A DNA stretch of 64,000 nt, taken from positions 310,001-374,000 of the forward strand of contig NW_027590388.1 in NCBI RefSeq assembly GCF_964213995.1, read 5' to 3'. Positions within the stretch are counted from its first letter, which is position 1. Every line of letters begins with the position of its first letter. The stretch comes from Mustelus asterias. Its lineage: Eukaryota. Both the position numbers and the translations under genes were made by a program. The notes below the pieces were generated by a model. The model was given only the letters and a program-made list of their open reading frames with translations. It made no database searches and was not told the DNA's origin. Below are positions 1-13,499 of the stretch, in pieces.

Positions 1-1027
1 CTCCAGTGTGAACTCGCTGGTGTGTCTGCAGGTGGGATGACTGAGTAAATGCTTTCCCACAATCAGAGCAAGTGAATGGTCTCTCCCCAGTGTGCACTCG
101 TCGGTGTTTCTGCAGATTGGATGCATCTGGGAATCCCTTCCCACAATCGGGGCAGGTGAACGGTCTCTCCCCAGTGTGAACTCGCTGGTGTATCAACAGA
201 TGCGATGAATCAGTGAATCCCCTCCCACATTCGGGGCAGGTGAATGGCCTCTCCCCAGTGTGAATTCGCTGGTGCATCAACAGATGGGATGAGCGACTAA
301 ATCCCTTCCCACAGGTAGAGCAGGTGAATGGTTTCTCTCCAGTGTGAACTCGTTGGTGCATCAGCAGACTGAATGAATCACTGAATCTCATCCCACACAT
401 TGAGCAGGGGAATGGTCTCTCTCTGGTATGAACCCTCTGGTGCATCAGCAGGTTGGATGAATCAGTAAATCCCTTCCCACACTCGGAGCAGGCGAACGGC
501 CTCTCCCCAGTGTGAACTCGCTGGTGCCTCAACAGGTTGGATGAATCACTGAATGCCTTCCCACACTCAGAGCAGCTGAATGGTCTCTCCCCGGTGTGAA
601 TGCGCTCGTGTGACTGGAGGTGGGATAACTGAGTGAATTCCTTCCCGCACTCCGAGCAGGTGAACCGCCTCTCCCTGGTGTGAACTCGCTGGTGCATCAA
701 CAGGTTGGATGAATCACTGAATCCCTTTCCACAATCGGAGCAGGTGAATGGCCTCTCCCCAGTGTGAACTCGCTTGTGTGTCTGCAGGTGGGATGAACTT
801 GTGAATCCTTTCCCACACTCAGGGCAGGTGAATCGCCTCTCCCCTGTGTGAACTCGTTTGTGTGTCTGCAGGGAGGATGAATGAGCGAATCCCTTCCCAC
901 ACTCCAAGCAAGTGAACGGCCTCTCCCCAGTGTGACTGCGTCGATGAGTTTCCAGCTGATATGGGAAATTGAATCCTTTACCACAGTCTCCACATTTCCA
1001 TGGTTTCTCCATGGTGTAGGTGTCCAT
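1..1027 (-). CDS. C2H2 zinc-finger protein (at least 12 tandem fingers, runs off the window start)
   Basis: Reverse frame reads [19 protein letters not shown]...; exact 84-nt finger periodicity with TGE(R/K)PF linkers from 994 down to 8. Absent from the ORF track because it is open at the window edge. Confidence 0.88.
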   Translation of the reverse strand, partial: MDTYTMEKPWKCGDCGKGFNFPYQLETHRRSHTGERPFTCLECGKGFAHSSSLQTHKRVHTGERRFTCPECGKGFTSSSHLQTHKRVHTGERPFTCSDCGKGFSDSSNLLMHQRVHTRERRFTCSECGKEFTQLSHLQSHERIHTGERPFSCSECGKAFSDSSNLLRHQRVHTGERPFACSECGKGFTDSSNLLMHQRVHTRERPFPCSMCGMRFSDSFSLLMHQRVHTGEKPFTCSTCGKGFSRSSHLLMHQRIHTGERPFTCPECGRGFTDSSHLLIHQRVHTGERPFTCPDCGKGFPDASNLQKHRRVHTGERPFTCSDCGKAFTQSSHLQTHQRVHTG

Positions 1028-1854
1028 GTGTCTCTCCCAGTTTGACAGTCAGTTGAAGCCTTGTCCATACATAAAAAACCTGAATAGTGACTAGTGATGT
1101 CTTTTCAAGCTGTGTAACTGGTTGAAGCTTTATTCCACAGTCAGTGCACAGGAACACCCACTCATGTCTGTGTCTCCACGTTTTCCAATCACACTTATGG
1201 TTGAAATCTCTTGAAGCAGACAGAACAGAGAAATATTTCTCTTTATAGATTCCAAAGGCTGATGTTGTTCAGGTCCCGATTTATCAAGTTAATCTGGCAG
1301 ATCACCACGAGTATTTGTTTTGAGAAGTCCAATTCTGATATTCTGTAAAATGAGTTCCAAAATTCATCACTGTCAGTGCAACTTAGAAATTCAGAAAAGA
1401 CAATTCTAGTTTTTATAGAAAATTCTTTACTTTCTCCCGCCATTCTTACCCTGCATCTAATACACATCATAGAACAACACTCGACATATCCCTGTCCTGT
1501 ATTAATTTACTGTCTCCTTAATATCAGCTATCTCCTGGGGATCCACCCCTTTAATTGTGACCATTACGAATATAGACCATCCTTTTAGCCAGACAAATAA
1601 ATGTATTAAGCTGAGGGAGCTAAAGAATGTTAATGTCTTTAAAAGAGAAAGACTTGGGGCAACCTTTCCAGAGTCTGCAGCCTCCCTGGATTCACTTCCT
1701 TTCCCTTCAGTTGCTGCAAGTCCCCAATTTCCCCCAGAATGAGAAAAGAAATGGAAAGGGGGAGAAAAGAAAGTGTTTTACTCACAGAGGTTGGAGAGAC
1801 AGAAGAACGTTTCTGTCTGCATGAAGCTCAATCTGCATTGTCACAAAGACAGCA

Positions 1855-1990
1855 TTCTGATTGGCTGGAGGACCAGAGGGCTTCCGGTCCTCCAACTATT
1901 CTCATTGGTGAATGTCTCACGCGACATAATGGTGGGTGGGACCTCCTCCGTACATGCGCACCTTCCCTCTCCCCTGGACATGCGCATTCG
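1855..1990. promoter_or_regulatory. Probable ZNF promoter: NRF1-like (CATGCGCA) sites, reverse CCAAT boxes and a TGGAGGACC/GGTCCTCCA inverted repeat
   Basis: CpG-rich patch upstream of the minus-strand ZNF; the same motif set occurs at 12190-12680. Confidence 0.55.
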
Positions 1991-2199
1991 GGGTCGCCTG
2001 CTTGCGTGGCGAATAGAGCGGTTTCCCCAGCGCCGTGGATTGTGGGTATGCGGCTGCCATTATTCAGCCGTCTCCAAACTCCTGGGACTGGGGTGAAAAT
2101 TCGTGGGTTTGGGTTTGGTACCTGTGGGTTATAACTGGATTTGATTGTGACGCCCCTTTCGCAAAAGAGCTTGTTAAATACAGCTGTAAAGATTTGGAC

Positions 2200-2320
2200 A
2201 GTGGCACAGTGGTTAGCACTGCTGCCTCACAGCGCCAGGGACCCAGGTTCAATTCCAGCCTTGGGTGACTGTCTGTGGGGAGTTTGTACATTCTCTCTGT
2301 ATCTGTGTGAGTGGCTGGGC
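2200..2320 (+). mobile_element. HE1-type shark SINE, 5' part
   Basis: GTGGCACAGTGGTTAGCACTGCTGCCTCACAGCGCCAGGGACCC tRNA-like head. Confidence 0.8.
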
Positions 2321-3133
2321 TTCCCCGTCTTGCCAGCGGTTGACATGAGCTGGCCATGTCAATGATGAACCTCATGCAGGAGGACACCAAGGCAGCCTCA
2401 TGCAGGAGGACACCAAGGGCAGCCTCAAGGCTGGTTTGGCCCTTCTGGTTCCCCTCTCCCCCTGCTCCAATGGCACAGACATTTGGAAATATGTAACCAA
2501 TGTCCAACTCCTCAGTGCCAAAAGATATTGCTGATTTTTAAAATTACTGCCTCTGAAAACTGGCATGGTTTGCAGAGATTAACAATTTAATGCACTTAAC
2601 TGGACAGACTGGAAAATGCCCACATCTTTTCTCTGTCGAGTTAATCCACTCGAATGATCATCTGATGAGTCAGCTGACACTGTCCCATGCAGGGAGCCTT
2701 TTAAAGTGCTGGCCGTGACCTTGTTCTGGGTCACTGCCTGCAGTCTACAACACTAGACATCCCACTCTCCAACACTCATTGAGCAAAATGAAGGTCTACA
2801 ACCCGCCCTTGCTGCTAATTGGTGACAATGAATGTATTATCAGACACGCAGTGATGGCGACCCAGAAGTCGGAATGCTGCTGAATTCCGGATGTGGAATG
2901 TGCTGTCATAGAAGCGAGAAGCAGGAGTAGGCCATTTGGCCCTTCAAACCTGCTCCACCATTCATTATAATCATGGCTAATCATCGAATTCAATGGGCTG
3001 ATCATCGAATTCAATATCCTGATCCCACATGACTGCATTGTTCAGCTGTTGGAAGTTACCTCAAAACTGATTGCAAACGTTTATGTCTCTGATGTAAATC
3101 ACCATTTAAAGTCAATAAGGCTGAGTGTAATTA

Positions 3134-3270
3134 TTGAGCTCTGATGGAGGGTCATCTAGACTCAAAATGTTGGCTCTATTCTCTCTCCACAGATGCTGTC
3201 AGACCTGCTGAGATCCCAGCATTTTCTGTTTTTGTTTCAGATTCCAGCAGCCACAGTAATTTGCTTTTAT
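3134..3270 (+). mobile_element. Penelope pseudo-LTR fragment with decayed hammerhead motif
   Basis: GAGCTCTGATGGAGGGTCATCTAGACTCAAAATGTTGGCTCT...CAGATGCTGTCAGACCTGCTG; homologous to 16015-16120 and 27420-27460. Confidence 0.55.
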
Positions 3271-4049
3271 CTTAAGAGATTATTCCTCAAATTGAAATTG
3301 ACAAAATAAATTGATATGAATGGCTGATTTGAACATCCAAAGGGAAAGTTTAAGGGAATAATCACATTGTCAGAACAAAAAGAAACTAACAACTAACAGC
3401 CAGGTGGTTCCTCAGTGTCAAAAACGATTTCTTTTTCACAATAATATTTCTACTTGAATTTGGGTTAATTTCGGAAAAAAAGTCAGAGAAAATTTGTGTT
3501 ATCTTTAGGAAATAAAAGACCATCTAAAACAAAGATCTTGATAATGCCTGAAATCAAATATGATTATAATATATGAAATATGATATGGGGAAGTTTAGGA
3601 GTGAGAGGAGGAGAAATTTCTTCATGCAGAGAGTGGTGAACTTGTGGAATTCGCCAGCACAGAAGGCTGTGGAGGCCAAAACATTAAAAATATATCTGTT
3701 TACCTTCTGAGATATATTCAGACTCTAAAAGCCTCAAGGAGTTTGGGGGGATCAGTGGAGAATGGTGTTGAGATAAGGGATCAGTCATGATCATATTGAA
3801 TTGCAGAACAGGATCGAAGGGCCAAATGACCTACTCCTGCTTCTATTTTCTATGTTTCTGGAAGTCAACAAAACAAGAATCTCATCAGGACTGTTGTTAA
3901 AAATGGAAACGAGGAATTACACATCTTCAGCCTGATCAACCAACATAAATTATAAAAGTCTGTTTTCTTAAGTATATTTTTCCATTCTATATTGACAAGT
4001 ATTTTTCTTTTAAATAAGCTTCCTTCAATTGATTATCTAAGATTCCTGT

Positions 4050-4265
4050 CATAGAATCCCTACAGTGCTGAAGGAGGCCATTCGGCCCAGGGAACCTGCA
4101 CCAACAACAATCCCACCCAGGCCTAACCCCATAACCCATTTACCCTGCTAATCCCTCTGACACTAAAGGTCAATTTAGAATAGCCAATCAACCTAACCCA
4201 CACATCTTTGGAGTGTGAGGAAATCAGAGCATCTGGAGGAAACCCACGCAGACATGGGGAGAATG
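4050..4265 (-). mobile_element. HE1-type SINE
   Basis: Matches the other SINE copies in reverse orientation. Confidence 0.75.
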
Positions 4266-6080
4266 TCTTATCCAGTGGTTAAAAGTCTTGTTTAAAGTAA
4301 AATAACTGAGGGAGTTGTTTACAGGCATCGGTGAATTGGGCTGATTGCAGACAGAATGAGCAGGACAGTGAGAGAGAGCTGTGTCTGCACTGGCGCAGAG
4401 ACAGAAATCCGATTGGAGGGTTGAAACATGGAGTTACAGGATTTGGGAGGTGACAAGGACGTTACAGGGGAAAAGACGATTAGAGATTGGGGCGGGAGTT
4501 TACAAGGATATTGGGAGTTAAGGGTTGGTTTCATTGGGGGAGGGTGCTGGTGATGATGGCAGAACTGAAGGACATAGGAATACCTGAAGGGAGAGAACCA
4601 TGAACGATATCAGTGAAAATAGGGAAGTTGGGTGAGGAGCAGTTTAGTGGGAATAAGGTCGAGGGAGGAGGTGGGATTGCTGGAAAGATATACTCTGAGA
4701 GGATACAAGGAGAGATAGGAGAGAATTGAAACAAAGGATCAAATTCAGGGCTACAGCAAAGGGGGGTCATTAGAAAGAGTTTGGCTCGGTGGGCTAGGGG
4801 AAGGGAGGGAAGCAGTAGAGGCAGCTGATTACATTGTCTAAATCTTAATGACAAAGAAGCTCCATGAGCTCCTCACACTGGAGGTGAAGATGGAGGAGAC
4901 AGAGGAAAGAGACCTTCAAAGGATCCAAATTGTGTTTGAGATATTAAAAAAGCTCAACACTCTTCATGTCGAACACAAACTGAATTTATTTTACATAACA
5001 ATGTATAACTTAACATTTATAACTATGCTTTGTTTATTAACAGCAATACTGTGATAACTTTCCACACAAATATGAACATACAAATTAGGAGCAGGAGAAG
5101 GCCACTCGGCCCCTCTAGCCTGCTCCACCACTCAATAAGACCCTGGTTGATCTGATTGTAACCTCAAATCCACATTCCTTTTACCCCCTGTTAATCAAGA
5201 ATCTATCCAGCTCTGCCTTCAAAATATTCAAAGACACTGCTTCCAATGCTTTTTGAGGAAGACCCAGAGACTCGCTGCCCTCTAAGAGAAAACATTTATT
5301 TCTCATCTTTGTGTCAACTGAGCAACATTTTATTTTTCAATAATGTATTCAATAATAAGTATTAGATTCGCTCACATGAGAAATCATCCTCTTTAAATCG
5401 ATCCTGTCAAAATACCTCAGGAACTGAAAAAGATTTCAATCAAATTGCCTCTTACTCTTTTAAGCTCCAGCAGATACAAGCTCAGGCTACTCAGTCTTTC
5501 CTCATAAGACAACCTCCCATTTCTGGTATAGTCTAGTAGACCTTCTCTGAACTGCTTCTAACACATTTACATTCTTCTTTAAATAAGGAGACAAATACTT
5601 TAATCATATTCCAAATCGCCAGTGTTCTGTAAAGCAGAAGCATAAGCTCTGTTTTGTATTCAATTCCCCTCACAATGAACAATAACATTATGTTAACTTT
5701 CCCAATTACTTGCTGTACCCTTCTACTAGCCTTTTGTGACTCATGAACCAGGACACTCAGAATCCTCTGACGGGGAACTGAATTTCTCCTCACAGTCTCC
5801 ACATTTACACGGTTTCTCCCTAATGTGACTGTGGATGTGAATGGTGCTGTTTCCTTCCATGTTCAAAATTCTCTGCTGTTAAGGTTACGATAAATTGTGC
5901 AGCTCCATCCAATCCTGATCTGATATTCTGTGTGAGTATCCTGACCCCAAATCCTCCTTCTAAGCCAATTATATTAACACCTATAACAGAGCTGGAGTTA
6001 TTTTTCAATTCAGCAGAAACAGACCCAAATGAACATGGTTCAGTCTGAATATGATTAACTGCAAAATCCAATCACAATAG

Positions 6081-6797
6081 TTACTTGTGAATTTGCTGGT
6101 GTTTTCGCAGCCTGGATGAAGTAATGTATCCCTTCCCACACTGGGAGCAAGTGAATGGCCTCTCCCCAGTGTGAGTTCGCTGGTGATTTAGCAGTGTGCA
6201 TGAGGTAATAAATCCCTTTCCACACACAGAGCAGGTGAATGGCCTCTCCCCAGTATGAATTCGCTGGTGTTTCAGCAGCATGGCTGAGGTAGTGAATCCC
6301 TTCCCACACTGGGAGCAGGTGAATGGCCTCTCCCCAGTGTGAACTCGTTGATGATTTAGCAGCGTGGATGACTGAGTGAATCCCTTCCCACACTGAGAGC
6401 AGATGAATGGCCTTTCCTCAGTATGAATTCGCTCGTGTATCGCTAGGTTGGATGACTGATTGAATTCCTTCCTACACACAGAACATGTGAACGGTCTCTC
6501 CCCTGTGTGAATTCGCTGGTGTTTCAGCAGATGGGATGAGGTAGTGAATCCCTTCCCACATTGAGAGCAGGTGAACGGTCTCTCCCCTGTGTGAATGCGT
6601 CGATGAGTTTCCAGGTGGGATGGGTAATCAAATCCCTTCCCACAATCCTCACATTTCCAAGCCATCTCCCTGTTGCGATTGCAATTATGTTCCGAAAGGC
6701 CAGATGATTGGGTGAAGTCTTGTCCACACACACAGAACACGTGTACAGTTTCTCTCCACTGTGAATGGTGCTTTTTCCTTCTATATTCAAAATACAA
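6081..6797 (-). CDS. C2H2 zinc-finger protein, 7 intact fingers
   Basis: 238-aa ORF with seven CxxC-x12-HxxxH units and HTGERPF linkers; the true start may be the downstream MAWKC. Confidence 0.85.
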   Translation of the reverse strand: MYFEYRRKKHHSQWRETVHVFCVCGQDFTQSSGLSEHNCNRNREMAWKCEDCGKGFDYPSHLETHRRIHTGERPFTCSQCGKGFTTSSHLLKHQRIHTGERPFTCSVCRKEFNQSSNLAIHERIHTEERPFICSQCGKGFTQSSTLLNHQRVHTGERPFTCSQCGKGFTTSAMLLKHQRIHTGERPFTCSVCGKGFITSCTLLNHQRTHTGERPFTCSQCGKGYITSSRLRKHQQIHK

Positions 6798-8279
6798 TGA
6801 TATTCAGGTTACAATAAATTGGTCGACTCAATCAGGTCTGAGATCACATTTGATTTCTGTTTACCAACTGCAAATCCCCCTCTCCTAAAATGCTGTGAAA
6901 TTGATTTAGAACAGAAAAAAACTCATTTTCTTCTCATGCAACTGGCAAACATTATTTTATCTATGGAAAGAGACATAAAGTTAAAAGGCAAAAGCGATCG
7001 AAGGATATGGGGGTTTGGGCTATTATCATAATGAATAGAAGAGCAGGCTTGAAGGGCCAAATGGCCTACTCCTGATCCTATTTTCTATGTTTCGATGGAA
7101 CTCAATGTCTATGAGGATGGTGGAACAGGAGACAAATGGTTTCAAAATGAGATTGGATCGGCACACAAAGGAAATGAACATGCTGCATTAATGGAGATAT
7201 AGAGGGGAATGGGGCTGAGTGATCGCTTTGCAGAAAGTTGACATGGACTCAAGTTCCTTCTGAAGTGTGGAGTCTATGACTGGAAATGTATAACATCGCT
7301 GCAGTACCAGATTACAAGAATGGAAATAATAAATACATTATTTTACTGAAATATAAATATTAGACCTAATACGTACTATAAAACAACACTGGATATATCT
7401 CTTCTTGTGGCGTCCCAAGCCAACTGATAACTCTAAAATAAACACATTTCCAGACAATTCCAAGGATAAAATGAGTGAGGTTTCACTTTTTAAAATGTTT
7501 CATTGTAAAAGTCAAAATAAAAGCAACATAAATGAATCAGGCATTGACAGACAAATAGCATTTGAATAGATGGGATACTTTTTACTTCAATAAAACCAGT
7601 CTCCACAAAATCACCAGCAATTCCTCCCTTAGAATTCATGGCACTAATTTAATTTACTACAACTCTCTGTATTTCCCAGAGAGAAAAAACACAGGAGAAT
7701 GGCACTCAGTCAAAATGCTCATTTGAAGAGTCGGGTACAGATATAATGTTCTAAATGGCCCGTATATATTTATACATTTGCATATTTAATGGATAATAAA
7801 TGTGTGTAATATACAGCTCTCTGTTATGTGATTGGCGAGATAGGGATCAGTGAGGAAGAACTTTGTTTAGGCCCTGGAACTTGCTGCTGATGAGAGTGGT
7901 GCAACAAGAGATGATCAGTGATTTCAAAATGAAATTTGATGAACACTTGAAGGAAATAAACTTTCAGGGAAATGGGGATATCGAGGGGGTATGGAATTGA
8001 CTGACTTTCTGTACAGAGGGTTGGTATTGACTTGAGTTGCCAAATAGATTCATTTTGTGCCACAGTGACTCTGTGGCTGGAAATATAAAACAGCAACGCT
8101 GCTATATATTTCAAGACAAGAAATAATTATAATGAACTTCAGAGAATCATAAATGATTTTGTGTGTGCCATATGACCATACTATCTCTGTCCTCAGTTGA
8201 TTTACTGTTCCTTTAAACGTCATCCATCTCTTGGGAAAACGTTATAATTGTGAACATTAGATAGGAGGCCATCCTATTA

Positions 8280-9750
8280 ACCAGACAAATAAATGTGTCA
8301 AACTGAGAGCTAAAGGATGTCTTTGAGAGAAAAAGGAAAACTTCCCCCTCTGGCCAACATCTGTGAGGAAAACACTTTCTTTCTCCCCCTGGGAAATACA
8401 GAGAGTTGTGGGACTCTGTAACTGGAATTAGAGCCAAATATACTGAGGGGGAAATGTTTGTGATTTTGTGGAATCTGTTTTTATTGTTTGAGCTATTTAA
8501 TGACAAAGTTATCATGCGCATTCAAATACAATTTGAATGTCATTGCATGATTCAGCAATGTTCAAAGAATCCCTAAAGTACAGGAGGTCATTTGGCCCAT
8601 CGAGCCTGCACTGACATCAATCCCACCCAGGCCCTAATCCTTCAACTCCACGTACTACCCTGCTAATCCTCCTGATACTAAGGGCAATTTAGCATGGCCA
8701 ATCCACCTAACCCTCAGATCTTTGGAGTGTGGGAGGAAACCAGAACACCCTGAGGAAACCCACACAGACACAGGGAGAATGTGCAAACTCTACACAAGGC
8801 CAAATTTGTACCCGGGTCCCTGGTGCTGTGAGGCAGCAGTGCTAAACACTGTGCCACTATGTTGCCCGTTTGATAATTTTAATTAGATTGTTACAGAAAA
8901 AGTTTTTAAAATGTGAAATGTTGTCCTTCGGTTTATTCCATTGAGTTTCTCTGGGAATTTATTTGCTTTAAGGTAATTGGTCTCCACAAAGATCATACCA
9001 ACAGGGATACATCTAGTGTTATCCTTTGGTACATTAGTATAATATTTCTGTCATTTGTTCTTATTTCTGGTCTGGTACTTTGGAACTATAGCTATATTCT
9101 ATATTTCCAGCATTAGATCCATGATGGCAGATGAGTCAATTAGTCAACTGGAATCCATGCTAACTCATTATAGGACAATCCAGTTAATCCCATTCCCACT
9201 ATGTATCTCCGTAGCCCTGCAAATTTATTTCCTTCAAGTTCCATCCAATCTTGTTTTGAAATAATTAATTATCTCTGCTTCCACCACCCTCATTGGCAGC
9301 CAGTGCCAGGTCGAGATCGCTCACTGCCTGAGGAGTGGTCTTCCTCATAACCCTGTATCTGGAAATTACACTGACATTTAGTCCAATAAATATATATACA
9401 TGTGAGCAGCTGGCATGAAGACGGTGTGTGTGTCCTGGACAGGAAGCAGTGAGCAGGGATCTGTTGATCAACATGAATTAGCACCTTCAGGAGAATTGGG
9501 AGGATATATATTAGAAATAGCAGAATGAGAAAGGAGAGAGTGTGTGGGATGGAGATTTACAACTTTGGGAGAAGGAGCGAGGAAAGAATATTCCATAGAA
9601 ACTAGAATTGTCTGTTTTGAACTTCTATCCTGCACTGATAGTGATGCTTTTTGTCAAGCCTTTTAAAGTATATCAGAAAAGGGAGGATTTACAGAGTGAA
9701 ATCCCAACAAACATCACATCCAAGATCTGATAGTCACTCAATTATTGGTG
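8280..9750 (+). pseudogene. Relic 5' part of a ZNF gene (non-coding exon and intron) lacking its finger exon
   Basis: 8280-8400 is an inverted homologue of 1590-1800; 9400-9730 is homologous to 12950-13250, the intron/acceptor before the ZNF at 13.5 kb; no fingers follow. Confidence 0.5.
8570..8870 (-). mobile_element. HE1-type SINE
   Basis: Near full-length reverse copy ending ...GCAGCAGTGCTAAACACTGTGCCAC. Confidence 0.8.
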
Positions 9751-10767
9751 CCTCAATTTCGTCTGCATTTGAAACTTCTTCAAATAGTTTAAACATCAGT
9801 GTGACTGGAGAGAACACACGCGTGCATGCACACACACTTTCTATGTCATCCTTGATGAAGACCGACACACATTTGTTTAATAATAAATAAGAACAGGAAA
9901 TGCTGGAGAAATTCAGCAGGTCTGGCAGCATGTGTGGAGAGAGGAGTACGGTTAATATTTTGAGGCCATACGAACTTCTACAGAACTGTTTCTTTTCTCA
10001 GCCATTTCCTCATTCGCCATTATCAATTCTGTGGTAACAAACACACATTTTTTCTTTCTTTTTCATGCATCATGTTTTTACAGTCAGTTTTTATGCTTTT
10101 TACCAGTTCTTTCTCATTGTTTTCTTTTTCTTTATCAGTTCCTTTGTGCCAAATTCTAAAAAGATCCAAATCCTCTGGCTTAATACTTTTCTGATCACTT
10201 TGTGAGCCTCTTCCTTTGATTAATGCAAATATTTACTTCTCTCGATAACCACAGTTGCAATCACTATTCCTGCAGGACTTTTGTCTTTAAAGGAATGCAC
10301 ACTTGTTATAAATCATGTATTAATTCCTGAAATGTTAGGTATTGCCTATCTTCTATCATATCTTTTAATGTAGCTTCCCATCTACCTAAGCTAACTTTCC
10401 CCTCAAATCTTTGAACTTTCCTTCTATGAGGAACACTCAGCTGAATTAAACAAAAGAACCTATTAAACACCACAGCCCATCTCCATGGCAACATGGCATG
10501 CTTTGGGGTGTTCCAAATAGAAATGCAAAGTAAATATCTTTGACCTCCCAAACATCCTTTCATTCTATGATTCAGATGAAATATCAAACTAGAATTTTGC
10601 AACAAGGCTCTAAGAGTATCAAACCATTGGAAGCAAAGTTCCGAGACCAGCCAGTCCACCAGAAAGAAACATTCTGACACTCCCACTTTGCCACCTGTCA
10701 GAATGAACATGGCTGAGTCCCAGAAGTGATTAATAGCAGGAACAATGGCAGAATCCATTCTCTGTAA

Positions 10768-11304
10768 TCACTTGTGAACTCGCTGGTGTGTCTGCAGATG
10801 GGATAACTGAATGAATCCCTTTCCACACAAGGAGCAGATGAATGGCCTCTCCCCAGTGTGAACCCGTTGATGTGTCAGCAAGTTAGATGATTGAGTGAAT
10901 CCCTTCCCACACTCAGTGCAGGTGAACGGCCTCTCCCCAGTGTGAACTCGCTGGTGCATCTGCAGGGTGAACGATTCAATGAATCCCTTCCCACATTCAG
11001 AGCAGGTGAATGGCCTCTCTCCACTGTGAACTCGCTGGTCTGCCAGCAGATGGGACAACGGAATGAATCTCCTGCCACACTCAGAGCAGTTGAATGGTCT
11101 CTCCCCAGCGTTAACACGCTGATGTGTCTGCAGGCTGCATAAGCGACTGAATCCCTTCCCACACTCAAAGCAGGCGAATGGCCTCTCTCCAGTGTGAAGT
11201 CGCTGGTGTGTCAACAGATTCCATGAGTGAGTGAATCCCTTCCCACACACAAAGCAGGTGAACAGCTTCTCTCCACTGTGAACTCGCTGGTGCATCCGCA
11301 GGTT
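10768..11304 (-). pseudogene. 5'-truncated C2H2 ZNF (6 fingers plus a partial one; two have lost a His ligand)
   Basis: HQRVN and LADQRVH substitutions; the N-terminal part of the ORF derives from an adjacent LINE 3' end. Confidence 0.75.
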
Positions 11305-11582
11305 GTTTAAATGCAAAGCAGCCAGCATAATCAAGGACCCCACACACCCTGGACCTAAGGTCATGCACCAACTGACTCAAAAACAGCTTCTTCCCTACTG
11401 CCATCTGACTCTTGAATGGACTTACCTTGCATTAAGGTCATTCTCCGCACCCTAGCTATGACTGTAACATTACATTCTGCACTCCTTTCCTACGTATGGT
11501 ATGCTTTGCCTGTACAGTGCGCAAGAAACAATACTTTTCACTTTATAGTAACACACGTGACAAGAATAAATAAAAAATCAAC
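11305..11582 (+). mobile_element. Rex1/Babar-type LINE 3' end
   Basis: Homologous to the 3' ends at 34900-35225 and 44570-44900, ending in AATAAA and an AAATC-like tail. Confidence 0.75.
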
Positions 11583-12188
11583 AGTCTCCAGACTCTCCAC
11601 TCTTCATCCACAGTTTCAGCCACTCTCCCCTTGTGTTCACCTGCATTTTTCCAGACTCTGCGTTTCATCATGTTTTCCAGATATCTCCCCCACCCCAGAT
11701 TGTTCACCTGCAGTTTCCAGGCTCCCCAGGCATGTGCTCACTTACAGTTTCCTGCCACCCCACCCCACCCACATTCACCCAGTGTTTAGGCCCCCTTCTG
11801 AACCTGTGTTCACCCACAGTTTCCAGCTCCCCACGCCGGCTTACCCACAGTTAGCAGGCCCCACACAATGCTCAATTTGTCAGCAACAGCACCACACTAT
11901 GCATGCTCAGAGCACAGGCCGATTCCATACCTGTGCACTGGGTACCTAGAATCATGCATAGGGACTTTATGGGGTGCTCTGGGTAACTAATGCAGCATTG
12001 ACAGAGTGAATTTCAGATAGATCATTAATGTTTTAGCATTCCAATTGAGATCAGGAAGAGAGCAGACAGAGACTCAATATGAAAAATCATCACGATCTGT
12101 TCAGGATAGAATTCAGATGAGAGACATTTCTCTTGGTTTGAGTTTTGCAGATAGAAATTCATTCCTTTCCTCTGCTGGCAGGGAGCAC

Positions 12189-12766
12189 TGCGCATGCGCA
12201 CTGTTGCAACCTCATGCGATCAAGAGGCAGCCTTGACCCCAGGTCTGTCATCAAAAAACTCGCAGCTTCTCTTCCTGAAAACACGGAACCGATAGCTTCT
12301 TATTCGGATCGTGAATCCTCCAGAAGGTGTTAATGGAACCTCCCAGTCCACTCACCGGCTCTGTTCCTCTCCTGTCCGGGCCTCATGTCTCCCTGCGGAT
12401 TCCACACCACTGTCTGCATCCGCACTGCGCATGCTCCAGTCACAGCCCCGCACAGAGCCTGCGCAGCGGGCTCCGGCAGAGGTTAGGGCCCCGCCCCTCA
12501 TTCACTCCTATTGGTTGGAAGACCAGCCGCTCCAGCTCGGTCCTCCAGCCCCGCCCCTCATTCACTCCGATTGGTTGGAGGACCAGCCGCTCCAGCTCGG
12601 TCCTCCAGCCCCGCCTCTCATTCACTCCGATTGGTTGGAGGACCAGCCGCTCCCGCTCGGTCCTCCAGCCCCGCCCCCTCACATTGTTCCGGAATCTCAC
12701 TCTGCCGCTTCCGCCTTCACCCCCAGCAGCAACTTCAACCAAAGACCCAACTGGGAAAAGGTGAAT
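12189..12766. promoter_or_regulatory. CpG-rich ZNF promoter and first exon: NRF1 sites, three GC-box+CCAAT repeats, donor AAG|GTGAAT at 12760
   Basis: TGCGCATGCGCA at ~12189 and TGCGCATGC at ~12426; lies between divergent ZNF genes. Confidence 0.65.
12488..12680 (+). repeat. 60-bp tandem repeat, about 3.2 copies
   Basis: CCGCCCCTCATTCACTCCGATTGGTTGGAGGACCAGCCGCTCCAGCTCGGTCCTCCAGCC repeated at exact 60-nt period. Confidence 0.95.
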
Positions 12767-13499
12767 ATTTCCGCATGTTTAAAATCAGTCATAAAATCAT
12801 TAAATATGATTTGTTGTTGTGAGCTGCATTATTTGTGAGAATGAGAGTGACGGAGTGGGATTGATCCACAGCCTGAGTCACCAGTTTAAGGACAGGAGGA
12901 GAGAGAATCTGGAGAGGACAAAAGAATCAGGAGACTGCAGTGAGCATGGATCTGTCAATCAGCCTCAATCAGCACCTTCAGGAGAATTGGGAGGGTGAAT
13001 ATTAGATACAGCAGAGTGAAAATGGAGGGAGAGTGTGTGGGATGGAGATTCACAGCTTTTGGGGAATGAGAGAGAAAGAATGTTCCATAGAAACGAGAAT
13101 TCTCTGTTCTGAATTTCTGTCCTGTACTGACACTGATGACTTTTGTAAACTCATTTTACAGGATATTAAAAGAGGAATCACAGACCGAAATCTCAAACGT
13201 CACATCAGATCTGACAGAGTCATATTCCTTGGGAGCTGAATATCATCGGCCTTTGAATCCAGAAGGACAAATGATTGTCCGGTCTGTCGATTTGAAAGGA
13301 TTTCAAATGTCAGTGTGACTGGAAAAGGACCAACACGCTGCCACGCTCGGGTGAGGGTGTTAAAGAGCTTTAACCAGTTACACAGCCTGAATAAAGATCA
13401 CACCATTAACAGCGGGGAGAGACTGCACTCGTGTTGTGTGTGTGTTAACGAGGCTTCAACTGATTGTCCACCAAAGAGAGAGGCAAGGACACATGCACC

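Noticed and set aside
697-1068. ORFs with SVGRDS.../HWGEA... repeats (also 6055-6393, 13694-14485)
   Set aside because: Alternative reading frames of zinc-finger exons.
12311-12838. 175-aa Pro-rich ORF
   Set aside because: By-product of the GC-rich 60-bp promoter repeat.
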